A stretch of 64,000 nt of DNA, from positions 55,339,972 to 55,403,971 of the forward strand of contig NC_068984.1 of assembly GCF_001194135.2 (NCBI RefSeq), written 5' to 3'. The DNA is from Octopus bimaculoides. Lineage: Eukaryota. This document shows positions 51,540 to 64,000 of this stretch, in pieces. Positions within the stretch are counted from its first letter, which is position 1. Every line of letters starts with the position of its first letter. Below the pieces are notes generated by a model that saw only the letters and a program-made list of their open reading frames with translations, ran no database searches and was not told the DNA's origin. Position numbers and translations under genes: made by a program.

Positions 51540-51800
51540 NNNNNNNNNNNNNNNNNNNNNNNNNNNNNNNNNNNNNNNNNNNNNNNNNNNNNNNNNNNNN
51601 NNNNNNNNNNNNNNNNNNNNNNNNNNNNNNNNNNNNNNNNNNNNNNNNNNNNNNNNNNNNNNNNNNNNNNNNNNNNNNNNNNNNNNNNNNNNNNNNNNNN
51701 NNNNNNNNNNNNNNNNNNNNNNNNNNNNNNNNNNNNNNNNNNNNNNNNNNNNNNNNNNNNNNNNNNNTGTGTGTGTGTGTGTGTGTGTGCGTGCGTGTGT

Positions 51801-51832
<32 letters not shown>

Positions 51833-51850
51833 ATTCGTATATGTATGTAC
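51505..51850. repeat. (TA)n-gap-(TG)n
   Basis: N-run at 51540-51767. Confidence 0.9.
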
Positions 51851-53644
51851 AGAAAGAGAGAAAGAAATTATTCATATTTTTGTTGAGAATATTTGCATCT
51901 AAATATTTAAATATTTTTGTGTATATATACTGATTTACATTGTAGAACTGTTTTTTTTTTCTTTTAAAAATAAGACTTGTGCTAGATAATCAAAGACAGA
52001 AACAAACTACATACATGCACATGCATACATTATGTATATTATCACTTAATCTCTTATATAATGAATAAACTTTTTTAAAAGAATACCAACGAAAATATAT
52101 CTACAAAATACGAATGTATGAATATACTTCTCAGATTTGATTTCAAGCAAAATATATAACTGCTGGAAGATTCTAAACGTGGAACGTACTATCTATATAT
52201 TTTCCCTATGTTCCAACCATGGTTTCAACATCACATTAGGTATAGTAGTCTTTTACATAGATACGCCAGGTTTGGGCTAAACTAGAGCTAAAAATAAACT
52301 CATGTAATAACTTAATTAAATATTAGAATATTAGAATACATATTTGTATAAAGATAGAATAAGTTCCAATATTTACGGAAATCATGAAGTATATGATGCA
52401 TGAATTAGAATCATTCTCTCTCTAGGAATAGAACTTAAGCCTACGAGATTGTTTTATTCAAATATCATCAGGTAGTTATATTCAATTTTGATTAAGATAA
52501 TGCATCGAGGGTATATAGCTTGTTGCTTTTTGTCAGATTAATCAAATATTTCAATAAAAATTTCGATGAAAGAGAGTTGTTATTCATGATTTACTGATCC
52601 GGTGAAGAATAATTATAGCACAGTGAAACTGAATGCAAAATTTCTGAAACTCAGTCATTTACTCATTTACATCTTTGTAAACTATCGATAGGAGAATTCA
52701 CACACATTGTTTTTAAATAATCTTATTAAGAATATTTTACTGTTTAACAATAAAATTAACATATCTTATCGACTGTCACAGTAAGAGTAACATGCTGAAT
52801 TAATTAGAAGTTGGCAGGGGTGGAATGACTACTATTATTCGTAATGTCTTTGATATATTACAATCAAATTAAATGCGAACTTCAGAAGTAACTTAACTAA
52901 ATATCAATAATAAGAAAGGCGTGAAATGTCTTAACAGATTAGAATTAATTTCACATTCTAGCTCTTACGAAATGTCAAGCAACGAATTTTTGAGCATTAA
53001 ATTCTTAGTAGAACATTAGCAGAACATTCTCAGTAGAATTTACGTAGTAGAAAATTTGCAATAGAATATTCTTATAGAACATCACGATTTGGTTCATGCT
53101 TTTATATTTTGTTTAGCCGAATTCAGAATAGATACACTCAAGAACAATGATAAAGCTTCATTCCGAGATGTATAGTTTGCTATGTAAAAAAAAAAAAAAA
53201 GCGGGGAATAAGAAAATCAGGTAGTTTCTCAAAGATGCTACTGATGTACAATGTAACAACTGTGCTTGTACAAAAACAAGGGAGAGCTTCGGCAGAGAGC
53301 GCTTATCGATTTATCGCTGGAAGTAAGTCCTTCAGCAAATGAATACGTAGAAATCTATCGATTGAGTGTTATGGTATCTGATGTAGCTAACAGAGAGCAA
53401 GTCTTGATTTATGAACATTAAATGTATTTTGCTTTAGAAGTAGGCGAACTTGATCATTGAATTGATATAACTCATTGATCTAATATTGTTCAAAGATGAC
53501 CATTTCTTTTTATACCCGACAGGAAATCAAAACTTCATGGTAACTAAGTTTTTTTCTCCAAAGACTTTCAAAAGCTACAATCGATTTCTGGATACAAATT
53601 CACGCATTGTCAATTGCCACAATAATTAACATAAATGCAGTTAG

Positions 53645-53693
53645 CACACAGGTACACACACGCACAGACACATACACAAACACACACACAGGC

Positions 53694-53762
<69 letters not shown>
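53645..53762. repeat. (CA)n(TA)n before an N gap
   Basis: N-run at 53763-54296. Confidence 0.9.
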
Positions 53763-54296
53763 NNNNNNNNNNNNNNNNNNNNNNNNNNNNNNNNNNNNNN
53801 NNNNNNNNNNNNNNNNNNNNNNNNNNNNNNNNNNNNNNNNNNNNNNNNNNNNNNNNNNNNNNNNNNNNNNNNNNNNNNNNNNNNNNNNNNNNNNNNNNNN
53901 NNNNNNNNNNNNNNNNNNNNNNNNNNNNNNNNNNNNNNNNNNNNNNNNNNNNNNNNNNNNNNNNNNNNNNNNNNNNNNNNNNNNNNNNNNNNNNNNNNNN
54001 NNNNNNNNNNNNNNNNNNNNNNNNNNNNNNNNNNNNNNNNNNNNNNNNNNNNNNNNNNNNNNNNNNNNNNNNNNNNNNNNNNNNNNNNNNNNNNNNNNNN
54101 NNNNNNNNNNNNNNNNNNNNNNNNNNNNNNNNNNNNNNNNNNNNNNNNNNNNNNNNNNNNNNNNNNNNNNNNNNNNNNNNNNNNNNNNNNNNNNNNNNNN
54201 NNNNNNNNNNNNNNNNNNNNNNNNNNNNNNNNNNNNNNNNNNNNNNNNNNNNNNNNNNNNNNNNNNNNNNNNNNNNNNNNNNNNNNNNNNNNNNNN

Positions 54297-55414
54297 AAAA
54301 GTTTTAATAAAAAAATAACAACTAATTAATTAATAATGTATTCAGCCATGTTGTTTAAAACTTCTTTCCAACGTTCAACAAGATTTTAAATACCTCGTTG
54401 GTAGAAATCAGCCGATTTTGACTCGAAAAATTGATCCAACCAAGCTCTCAATTCTGCATCAGTATTGAACGAAACTCCGCGCAAAGCGTTTGAATAGCGA
54501 TATAAGGGCGGGCGTTGTCGTGCAGCAGATACCCATGCTGCCGATTAGGTCTTTTCTCTTAAATAGCCGTGCTGAGGTTTTCCATGTGTTGAACATAGAG
54601 TTCCGCGTTGACGAAGCAATTCGTAATAGATAATCCCTTCCCAAATCCCACCATACGCACAACATCGTATTACGCGGATGAAGATCTTGTTTCACGCACT
54701 GTGTCGTTTGTTTACCGGGGCTAAGCCATTCCTTATGCTGCTTCATATTGATGTACAAACAGCATTTTTCGTCGCCAGTAACGATTTGGTAAAGAAATTA
54801 TTGCTTGTGTCCATGAGTTGAGCGGTGACGAGCAAGCAAACCAGCGGAGATTGTGGCTCGTTGATTTTTGTTGTTGTCACTTAAAGCATGCGGAACCCAT
54901 TCTCCATACTTCTGAACCTTTCACATCGAGTGAAAATGCTTCTCTATAGCAGTGTGGGAGAATTCCATTTTCTCTTCCAGTTCCCTTGTCGTTTGACGAG
55001 AATTTTCGTCAAAAAGTTTGTTTAATTGCTCTTCATCGAACTCAACTGGACGGCCAGAATGAGGTGCGTCTTTGAGGTCAAAATTTCCATTTTTGAACTT
55101 AGCATACCAATCACGAGCGGTTCTTTCAGCTATGGCACCCTCTCCATACACAGCACAAATGTCGCGAGCAGCTTTTGCGGCCTTAGAACCTTGATTAAAA
55201 GCAAAAAAGTTGTTGAAAATGCTCGTTTTTCTTAAGTTGATATTCCATTTTCATGATCTGAAAAGAAACAAAAATTAAATAAAATTAACTTGAAAAAAAA
55301 TAGCTTCCAAAATGTTTCAAATATAGAATTCTCGAAAAAATTAGATTCCAAAATTTAAAAACGCAATAAATTCCAAAATTTAAAAAAGCGGCGGGAATTT
55401 AGTTGCCAACCCAA
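54297..55414 (-). mobile_element. mariner (DD34D-type) transposon, pseudogenised and internally deleted
   Basis: TIR TA|TTGGGTTGGCAACTAA at 55414. YGEGAIAERTARDWYAKFKNGNFDLKDAPHSGRP, WVPHAL, IVTGDEK and LHPRNTMLCVWWD. The other TIR probably lies in the gap. Confidence 0.9.
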
Positions 55415-55434
55415 TATATATAGAGAGATGGGGA

Positions 55435-55545
55435 GGGAAAAGAAAGAAACAAACAAACAAACAAACAAACAAACAAACAAATAAAGAAAGAAAGAGAGAA
55501 AGAAAGGAGAAGAGAGAGGGGCAGAGAGAGAAGGGGTGAGAGAGG
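55435..55545 (+). repeat. (AAAC)n plus purine-rich (GA) tract
   Basis: Direct reading. Confidence 0.85.
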
Positions 55546-56452
55546 TGACGCGTTTGGCATATCTGCGAAAATTGATTTGAACAGAAGCATTTTCCACCAA
55601 GTTAAATGACTGCAATAAACAGGTAAATACTATTTCTGAAATGAATAAGATATTTTACCATTCAAGTATATAAAGATATCAAATATTTGCCCCGTTAATG
55701 AAAAGAAACCGCGGAAACGAGCAAAATGCCTTGATGTGATATTTATGTCATGAATTTGCGGAGGATCTGAAAATATTTTACACTTTAACATGCCCCCAGT
55801 CTAATACATATCCTCTGAATTAGTATTACATTCAAAACAATTATCAGTTCTTTAGTAAAATCAGTCGCCCAGAAAAGAGAAAGTGCATTTGCGTTACGTG
55901 TAGAAATGAAGTTCTAGTAAGAGAGAGAAAAATAACACAGAAATATACTTCTCAAATATTTCGGAAAATATAAAGCAAGAACTCAGCGTGCTTTCAAAGT
56001 AACCACTATGAAATTATTGAATTTTTACTCTTGTGTGTAAATGCAGTGCTATGTCATTGGAGATGCAGAGTTGGGACATACATTAAAAATCTCTGAAGTG
56101 TGAAATCGAGATATAGCAACATCACCCGTAACAATTCCATTCGTTAGGGTGACAAACAAAGAGATACTATTTATGCAAAGCCCTTCATCGTTTGCCGCAT
56201 AATGTATATCAGAAACATTGGTTTGAAATGAAGTATCAACACACCAGCGATTCGTTCATTGCGTAAAATTTAAGTCAGCTGCGGACCAAACTCGCAGAAA
56301 TGGTCGTACAAAATTCAGTAGTACGCCTCAAAATAAACAGAAGGAAAACAAAATGCATGTGGTTCGAAAATGCAGCAGATGGCTGAATATTGGTGGGGTG
56401 GGGAAGTAGCAAATTTGAGGAGGTAAAGAAGCATGTCCGTTTTGGACACACA

Positions 56453-56486
<34 letters not shown>

Positions 56487-56579
56487 AGACACAAATGCAG
56501 AAATCTCATGTAGAGAAAGAGCTAGAACTAAGAGATATATTCAAAATACAGTTACACAGGCACTCTATAGCTATATCTT

Positions 56580-56912
56580 CAATATTGTTGTCCTACCTAT
56601 ACACCAATATGTAAGTGAGACATGGGCTACTAAGAAATAAGAACAACGGCTGGCTACGATGCAAAGTCTCATGGAAATATTTACGCTAGTAATATCGTTA
56701 CGAGAAATTACCTCGAAATGAGGTAATTTGAGAAAGGAATGGAGTGATACATACCAAGACCAAAACTTTTGCTGGTCTGCACATATCCATGGGATCAGAA
56801 GTGACTACCCTTAAGACCTCCTAGACGATAGGAAGATGACATAGTCAAACAATTCGGGTCCAAATAGGAAACCATTATGACCGGTGGTGAATAAAGACAT
56901 CTGATTGTTTGA
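56580..56912 (+). mobile_element. 3' fragment of an RTE-clade LINE
   Basis: VLPIHQYVSETWATKK*EQRLATMQSLME and RPPRR*EDDIVKQFG, typical of the RTE post-RT region. Confidence 0.7.
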
Positions 56913-56922
56913 TATATATATA

Positions 56923-57629
56923 CAAAGGAGGTTCAAAAATTAATCAAGGTTTTTTTCGTTGTATTTACACAAAAGCAGAGGATAAACAAGTACCTCATTT
57001 TTCTATATAGTTACTTTCCTTTACGATGCACTTGGGCCAGCGATCCACAAGCTTGCGTATTCCCTCCATGAAGGTTTTCGGTTGGTCATGCAACCATTTA
57101 TGCACCGCTTACTTCACATCTTCATCCGTAGGAAATCGAGGACATCGTAAACAATCTTTGAGTGGTCCAAAGATATGCTAATCGGGAGAGGTGAGATCTG
57201 GGCTGTAGGCAGGGAATTCCAGCACCTTGAAATCCAATTTGTGAATGGTTTCAATGGTCTGGGCGACCGTGTGTGTGCCTGCACTATCATGCAACAACAA
57301 AACTTTCTCCGACAATAGGCCTCGACGTTTGGTGCGAATTGCTGGCTTCAATTTGTTGGTCAGTAAAGCATTGGATCTTGCACTATTGATCATACATCAC
57401 TTTTCTAGAGAAATCGAATCACTGCTCTTTGTTCTTCTTTGGTGCACGTTGGTAGCGGAGCGGTCATGCTTACACTGTAAAGTCAGAAATAAAAATGACG
57501 CGATCAAGCTCAAACTTCGATCATGTGACCACAATAGTGCCCACTATAAGTACGCTTGCACAGAAGGCAATGTGACAGTAATAAAGATATGCTATGGCGA
57601 AAGAGCAGACAATTTTTGACTTCCCCTCG
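56923..57629 (-). mobile_element. Internally deleted mariner (TACGAGGG-type ends), 707 bp
   Basis: TIRs CGAGGGGAAGTCAAAAATT / CAAAGGAGGTTCAAAAATT with TA flanks. MTAPLPTCTKEEQRAVIRFL is fused to KVLLLHDSAGTH...FPAYSPDLTSPD. Confidence 0.9.
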
Positions 57630-57730
57630 TATATATGTGTGTCAGTATGTATGTATATGTATATATGCACACACATGCACACACACACACACACGTATAT
57701 GTGTGTGTATATATATATATATATATATAC
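57630..57730. repeat. Compound TA/CA/TG microsatellite
   Basis: Direct reading. Confidence 0.9.
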
Positions 57731-58351
57731 TAAAACAGAATATGTGGGACCATTTAAATACCGTTGCATGTGTTTCATTTCAACATGGAAAATGCATTAG
57801 ATTAATATTGACATAATAAATTCATAATAGGTATGTACATATGTACATATCATTTCCCATGTGTAAATCTTTAGACATATTCTATAACGCACTTAACACG
57901 AGGAAGATTGCAATATAGAATTTATCCAATAAATAATATAAGCTATATATATATAGCGAAATCTTCCTCGAGTAAAGTGTATTATTTTCGGAATATGTCT
58001 GAAGATGTACAAAAGGAAGACGATATACATGTATGCATACTACTTATTATGAATTTATTATGTTGTATGAAAACGGTTCTAAATATTCCATTCTTTGCTT
58101 TAATATATACTTATTCTGAAATTGTTATAATTCACCGAGAATTTCAACTTATATGTATGATTTTCTCAATTGAAATAAAGCACCTTCATACATACAAATC
58201 ATAGCTAACATATTCAGGTGTATTTCATGACGACATAGCTTGGATTATAATTATAGTGTCATTGGCAAGCGAGTAGGATGTAGTAGCATGTTCCATTCTT
58301 TCGTTAATTACCTTCCGTATTTATGCAGTCACGAAGAGTGGAACATCAATT

Positions 58352-59430
58352 CAATGGGCAACAAAAAAAAAATTGATTTTCTGCTACCCAGGCAAATGGT
58401 GCTGTACTAAACTAAATCGAGTATGCTAATTCTAAATCTGAACTCAGAATTGCTGTAGCACGTCAGGATTTTGAGTTACGCGCGGAATTATATATCAATA
58501 CTATATTAGTATCAGGAATAGTTAAGTTCAAGGTAAATGATTATTATAATAGTATATTAGTACTGCATATAGTATATCCATGTTCAAGACAAATAGTATT
58601 ATACTATAATGGTATATAATATAATTATGTTAAGGGAATACCCACTTTATTTTTTATATGCTCAGCTCAGAAATGTTTGAGACACTTGCTCTTGCGCTTA
58701 TGCGTCGTGCTAGACTCCAGTTGTAGGAACCAGCTGTAGTCACTCATCATGTGTGGATTGAACCGGCCTTGATACCCCGTTTCCATCTCAAATATGTCCT
58801 GGTGGGACCTCCCACCATCACTAACGGCACCAAAATGAGAATACAAGCAGTGCATTTTAAGGGACATTCGGCATCCCATTCTTCCATACGCTGTTAGCAT
58901 GTTGTTTATTAAATCAGCATAGTTTTCAGCTCTATGATTTCTTGGAAATCATAGAGTTGAAGTAAATTCTGTACAACTAACCCGAACGAATCTCATGCCG
59001 TTAGCTCAACTGGATTCAGTTTACCTCTGAATTTGCTATCAGACATTAATTCTCTGATCTTGGGTCCAATGAAAATACCTACTTACAGTTTTGTGTCATA
59101 TTTCTCAGCACCAAATTTTACTTTTAGGTACTGGAAGCCACAACCAACATGTGTCATTGCTTCTACGAAGTTTTCATGAGACCGAGCTTGATGTTGTGAA
59201 GGGGTGGAATGAAGATCTTTTGTCGGTCTACAAGTGGCATACGCTGCATATTGTACCGACCAACTATTCGCTCATCTCTTTTAGGCCAGTCTTTTACAGT
59301 GTAATGATTGCAGTTGTCGCGACTGTTCCAAACACACAAGAAGCACATATTTTTGGTATATCCTAGCTGCAGTTCCAGGAGGAGGGAAATCACCTTTAAA
59401 TCACCACAATTATTCCACTTTTGAACTGAA
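58352..59430 (-). mobile_element. Chapaev3-like (CMC superfamily) DNA transposon, 3' half
   Basis: GDLKVISLLLELQLGYTKNMCFLCVWNSRD, PPLH.IKLGLMK, GIFIGPKIRE and MGCRMSLKMHCLYSH..GAVSD...HQDIFEMETGYQGR. End CAATGGGCAACAAAA at 58352. The transposase is clear; the family name is from memory of motifs. Confidence 0.7.
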
Positions 59431-60055
59431 TGTGATTAGCAGCTGTCCTAAAATGTCATCATAGTACTACCTCCCTATGCAGCACGGTGTTGCTGCTACA
59501 ACAATTTACAATGCCATCCGCAAAAAAGACTGTCCTGAATTAAATTTCTGTTATGGAATACATGCGTAAACATTAACTCAAGGAATACTTGTAAAATATT
59601 CCCATCAAAACTTCTGTCAAATGTAAACATAACAGGTCGGCTATTGTTGTTTCGGACACATGGGCAAATGTATGTACCATCATAGAGTCAGCTGCCCTGC
59701 AGATATAAATATCTCTTGGAAAATCAAGGAAAAAGAGGATATCTATGGACAACTGATTCGAAACCTCCAGCTTCTATATGCAGACTGAATTCATATTGAT
59801 ACCAGTTATAATTGGAGTACTAGGTTTTGTTAGTAAACGCTTAAAGGAGAATCTGGATAAACTGGGATTTTCAGAAAGAGAAAATGACTGGCTGATTCGT
59901 ACATTGTAAGTGCAATCTGTGAGTAGAACAGTAAAAATATGCAAGACTTTTCTCAAGTTCCAAATGTGAATTTACCTATGTTACCTGCATCTCAAAGATG
60001 GAGCCTTGTATCCTTGTTGGAAACCGGCTCCCTCCTCAGTGGAAGATTTATAATA
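59431..60055 (+). mobile_element. 3' fragment of an RLE-type LINE from a different family
   Basis: PIKTSVKCKHNRSAIVV (RPD-like), ISWKIKEKEDIYGQLIRNLQLLY and LIPVIIGVLGFVSK...RTVKICKTFLKF. Confidence 0.8.
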
Positions 60056-61654
60056 ATTAAAAAAATAGAAGAGACACCTATATACATGCCATTACCCAAG
60101 ATACACTTTCAGCTTTATACCTATTATTACTGGAACAACATGATATACACCCAGGCCTTCTGGAGCAGAGTTTGGTTGAAGTTGGGATCTTAAGGACCGA
60201 ACGCAAGTGCTTCGTTTATACTCTACATATTATCATGATATCAGGAACTATAAATCTGTAAGACCATCTTAAGCTTTAACAGTCAATGAACAAAATATGA
60301 TTTTTTCCTTCACAAACATACTACCAAATAGTTGTTGTTGGGTCAAACCTTACACTAAATAAATAAAAGGAGAAAGAAAAGAACATACATACCGACAAAC
60401 ATATACTACTATGCGTGAAGAAACGTTGAAGGTATAGTGAAAAATATCAAGGATCATAACCAGAACAATAAAAGTCAAATTATTTACAAGTTATGTATAA
60501 TAAATATCCCGTTAAAAACAATCACAAAGAGATATCTGTGCATTGAATATGTGTGCATTGAAGTAATATACTACTTCTCGCATACACGTAGTCGATAAAA
60601 ATATTTTCATCGTTTAACAACTATTGTGCTTAACGCGAAACAAACGATTATCATTTGCGAAAAATTAAACTCGTAGAGATGATAATTACATTTTTATTTT
60701 GCTATTATCAAAGTGTGATTTTTAAAGTTTGAACTATCTTGCGATTTCGATCAACACGTGTCCCCGTTAATAAAATTTTAAAAAGTTCTGACTCCAATCT
60801 GTCTTACTTCAGAAGTCACACCATACATACAAACATAGTATCACATACACACAACACAAATACATGTATGCATATATATGTGCGTGTATGTAAATATTTA
60901 CGTACTCATATATGCATAATATATATGTTCATATATAAATTACAGCGCCATATAACGGTGATTAAAGAAAAGGCTATATTATAATAAAGTCTGCGATTCC
61001 AAAACCTTCCCAGTAACACGAAATTCCTAGAAATTAAGAAAATTAATAAAAGCGTATTACATATCTATTGTACAGCAATCTATGTCCAAAAAACATTTCA
61101 AATATATATTAACAAAACGATAAAATTATGAATCGTATGATTTGGTGAACATATCTCTTTCAGACCAACTTATTTCTACACTATATCTGCGCAGTTCGAA
61201 GCATTTGTAAGTAGACCACATAAAGATAAAATTTTGGCATTGAGCACAAAGGAATGACTCTAAGTGGTAGTGATTAAGGAAATATTAGCAATATATAATT
61301 CCATGTCAGTTGAGACTGATTTAATGTTTTATGTATAATATTATAGTTCAAATGATTTATGATTAGTGTAAAACTGTAATAAACAAGATCTAGTATACAA
61401 ACCTTTTGTAAGAAAGCAATATCTATTGAATCTCACAGCCAACACTTAAGAAATGTCCAAACAACAAACTGTTATGTAGGTAAATTTTGATAACGCAGCG
61501 ACGCTTACCGGAGAAAGGGCTTATTGCAGTTTTTTTCTAGAGTTGTATTCATAACCACTTTGTAAATAAAATGTATGCCATACAATTATTTTTTAAAATG
61601 TAAACTTCAAGAAATGATTGACTGAAAAATTCATATTCTTTCACATTACAAACG

Positions 61655-61674
61655 CATACACATACACACACACA

Positions 61675-61721
<47 letters not shown>
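61655..61721. repeat. (CA)n before an N gap
   Basis: N-run at 61722-62113. Confidence 0.95.
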
Positions 61722-62113
61722 NNNNNNNNNNNNNNNNNNNNNNNNNNNNNNNNNNNNNNNNNNNNNNNNNNNNNNNNNNNNNNNNNNNNNNNNNNNNNNN
61801 NNNNNNNNNNNNNNNNNNNNNNNNNNNNNNNNNNNNNNNNNNNNNNNNNNNNNNNNNNNNNNNNNNNNNNNNNNNNNNNNNNNNNNNNNNNNNNNNNNNN
61901 NNNNNNNNNNNNNNNNNNNNNNNNNNNNNNNNNNNNNNNNNNNNNNNNNNNNNNNNNNNNNNNNNNNNNNNNNNNNNNNNNNNNNNNNNNNNNNNNNNNN
62001 NNNNNNNNNNNNNNNNNNNNNNNNNNNNNNNNNNNNNNNNNNNNNNNNNNNNNNNNNNNNNNNNNNNNNNNNNNNNNNNNNNNNNNNNNNNNNNNNNNNN
62101 NNNNNNNNNNNNN

Positions 62114-63312
62114 ATTATTATATTTTGACTATCTTTTTTTTTTCTTTTGTTAGAAAGCTGACATATTTCTCTTTATTCTAACTCATTTTGCGTTTTATAA
62201 AGTAGTTACAAATCATTTTTTTGTTATTTTGTTTAGAGATGGATAGGTCGGAAATTCGCACAGTTTTGAAATATGTGTTCTTTCTTGGAAATACAGCATC
62301 ACAGACAGCTCGGAATATTAATGGAGTATGTCATTTTAATGTTATTACACAGCAGACAGTATCAAATTGGTTTGCAAAATTTCGTTCTGGTAACTTTAGC
62401 TTCATAAATGAGCAACGCGGTCAATCAGAAACAAAGGTGAATAATGACGAACTGAAAGCCACCGTCGAGTCAGATCCATCTCAAAGTGCCCCTGAATTAT
62501 CGTTGTTGTTTGGTGTTATCAAGAAAACAGTATTGATTCACCTAGTTCAAATCGGTAAAGTGAAAAATTTGGATAAGTAGGATCCACATGAATTCAAGGA
62601 AAATCAGAAACAGCAACGTTTGGAAGCCTGCAATATGCTACATTCTCGTCAAAAAATGAATAATTTTTTACTTGAATTGTAACATGTGGTGAGAAATGGA
62701 ACCAGTACAACAGCCATAAACGTTCAACATAATGGATGGACAAAGAAGAGCCACCAAAACACAGTCCAAAAACCAAAATTCATGAAAAGAAGCTGATGGT
62801 GTGTGTTTGGTGGTCTGGTGCAGCTGTTAGCCATTATGATTTCATTAAACCTGGCTCATCAATCACAGCCAAATTATACTGCAGCCAACTGGACTTAATG
62901 ATACAGAAACTTAAAAAAAACAGCCTAGATTAGTCAAAAGACTAATAAAACTGTTTTATTGCAAGACAACGCCAGACCACACAGTGGAAAAACTACAGGA
63001 GTTGGAGTTGGAAGTTCTCCATCATTCACCATACTCACCTGATCTTGGCCCCACTGGCTACCACTACTTCCAGAGTTTGGATAACTTTTTGATAGGAAAA
63101 AAATTAATTCCGACGATGTTGTGAAACAGGCCATCGGAGATTTTATTGACTCTAGATTGCCAGAGTGTTACAGTTCCAAGCTGGACAAGCTACCGCAGAA
63201 ATGGCAAAAGTGTATTGACAATATATAGTTTGATGAATAAAACTATTTCTTGTATTTGTAAAACATTAGCAAACTTTTCTCTTTTCTTCAAATTTCATAC
63301 TTGATAACCTAA
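62114..63312 (+). mobile_element. mariner (DD34D) transposon, near full-length
   Basis: Right TIR CATACTTGATAACCTAA|TA. The left end lies in the gap. Confidence 0.9.
62239..63240 (+). pseudogene. mariner transposase pseudogene
   Basis: MDRSEIRTVLKY...NWFAKFRSGNF, IVTCGEKW, KKLMVCVWWS, LQDNARPH and PYSPDLGPTGYHYF, with stops and frameshifts. Confidence 0.9.
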
Positions 63313-63533
63313 TATCATGAAATACAGTTTGTAACAGTTAGAGCCGGATTCAACCTTTTCGACTTTTTCAACGAAGTGTAAAACAAAGGTGGATATTAAT
63401 TAAGAAGAAAACAATTAAATCAAGCAAAAAATGAAATGTAAATGTTTTGTAAATATTTACATAGTCTTCAAAGAGGCAGGATATTTTCCTTTTTCCTCTC
63501 TCTCTCTCTTTTCCTTTGTGAAGACTCGGTATG

Positions 63534-63568
<35 letters not shown>

Positions 63569-63729
63569 CCCCACTCATTTCCTCTCCCTACTTTCTTAAA
63601 GACCTCCTATACCCTGCACATAGTTTTGCTCAATCTCGCAAGGGCCGTTATTTTCCACTGAACTCAAGGCGCACCTTATCTGAACAGATACTACATTAAC
63701 ATCACAATACTGCGAATCCATGGTTCTAA

Positions 63730-63845
63730 GTTGGTATTATTTTCATACACCTTAAAAGGATAACAGGCAGAGATTTTTCGGGGGCCTTTAGACTCTGGTA
63801 CAGAAATTGCAAAGTACCGCAAAGCATTCCATCCGACAGAAAAAA
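63730..63845 (-). mobile_element. Highly degraded SINE family A-like copy
   Basis: TTGGTATTATTTTCAT...AAAAGGATAACAGGCAGAG...TACCGCAAAGCATT resembles the reverse-complemented SINE. Confidence 0.45.
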
Positions 63846-64000
63846 GGACTCTATCAGTCAGCACCATACGCATATATTTGCGTGTGAATGTGTGTATGCG
63901 TGTGAGTGATGAGTGATGAGTGTGTGTGTGTATGTGTGTGTGTGTGTGTATGTGTGAGCATCCATAATTATTTACATAGATAGCTACATACATATATATC

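Noticed and set aside
59078-59092. Apparent intron donor GTAAGT in the Chapaev-like transposase
   Set aside because: The reading frame continues through it (L*VGIFIGPKIRE), so it is a nonsense mutation rather than an intron.
54297-63312. Uni-strand piRNA cluster
   Set aside because: TE orientations are mixed; it cannot be supported without small-RNA data.

Overview
AT-rich, microsatellite-dense eukaryotic DNA from a gapped scaffold. There are 12 N-runs, almost all abutting microsatellites. The SINE families and repeat density suggest a coleoid cephalopod (Octopus-like); this is an inference. No host protein-coding gene can be supported, and there is no rRNA, intact tRNA or CRISPR array. Most listed ORFs are microsatellite or N-gap artefacts, or transposon fragments. 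The window is largely a transposable-element graveyard. It holds about 13 copies of one tRNA-derived SINE, one copy of a second SINE, and a CR1/L2-group LINE with a CCCH ORF1. It also holds three RTE LINE remnants, five RLE-type (R4/Dong-like) LINE pieces and Penelope-like remnants. DNA elements are two DD37D (maT) elements, three mariners, a Tc1/mariner MITE, a Chapaev3-like transposon and a non-autonomous Helitron. The most notable structure is two compound arrays built in (AAT)n microsatellites. Each holds the same non-coding 550-570 bp element next to Dong-like LINEs. Other points of interest are two closely spaced head-to-head SINE pairs, several degenerate hammerhead-like motifs, and a template-switch hairpin. 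I cannot claim a definitively new system from sequence alone. All boundaries are by eye and approximate.
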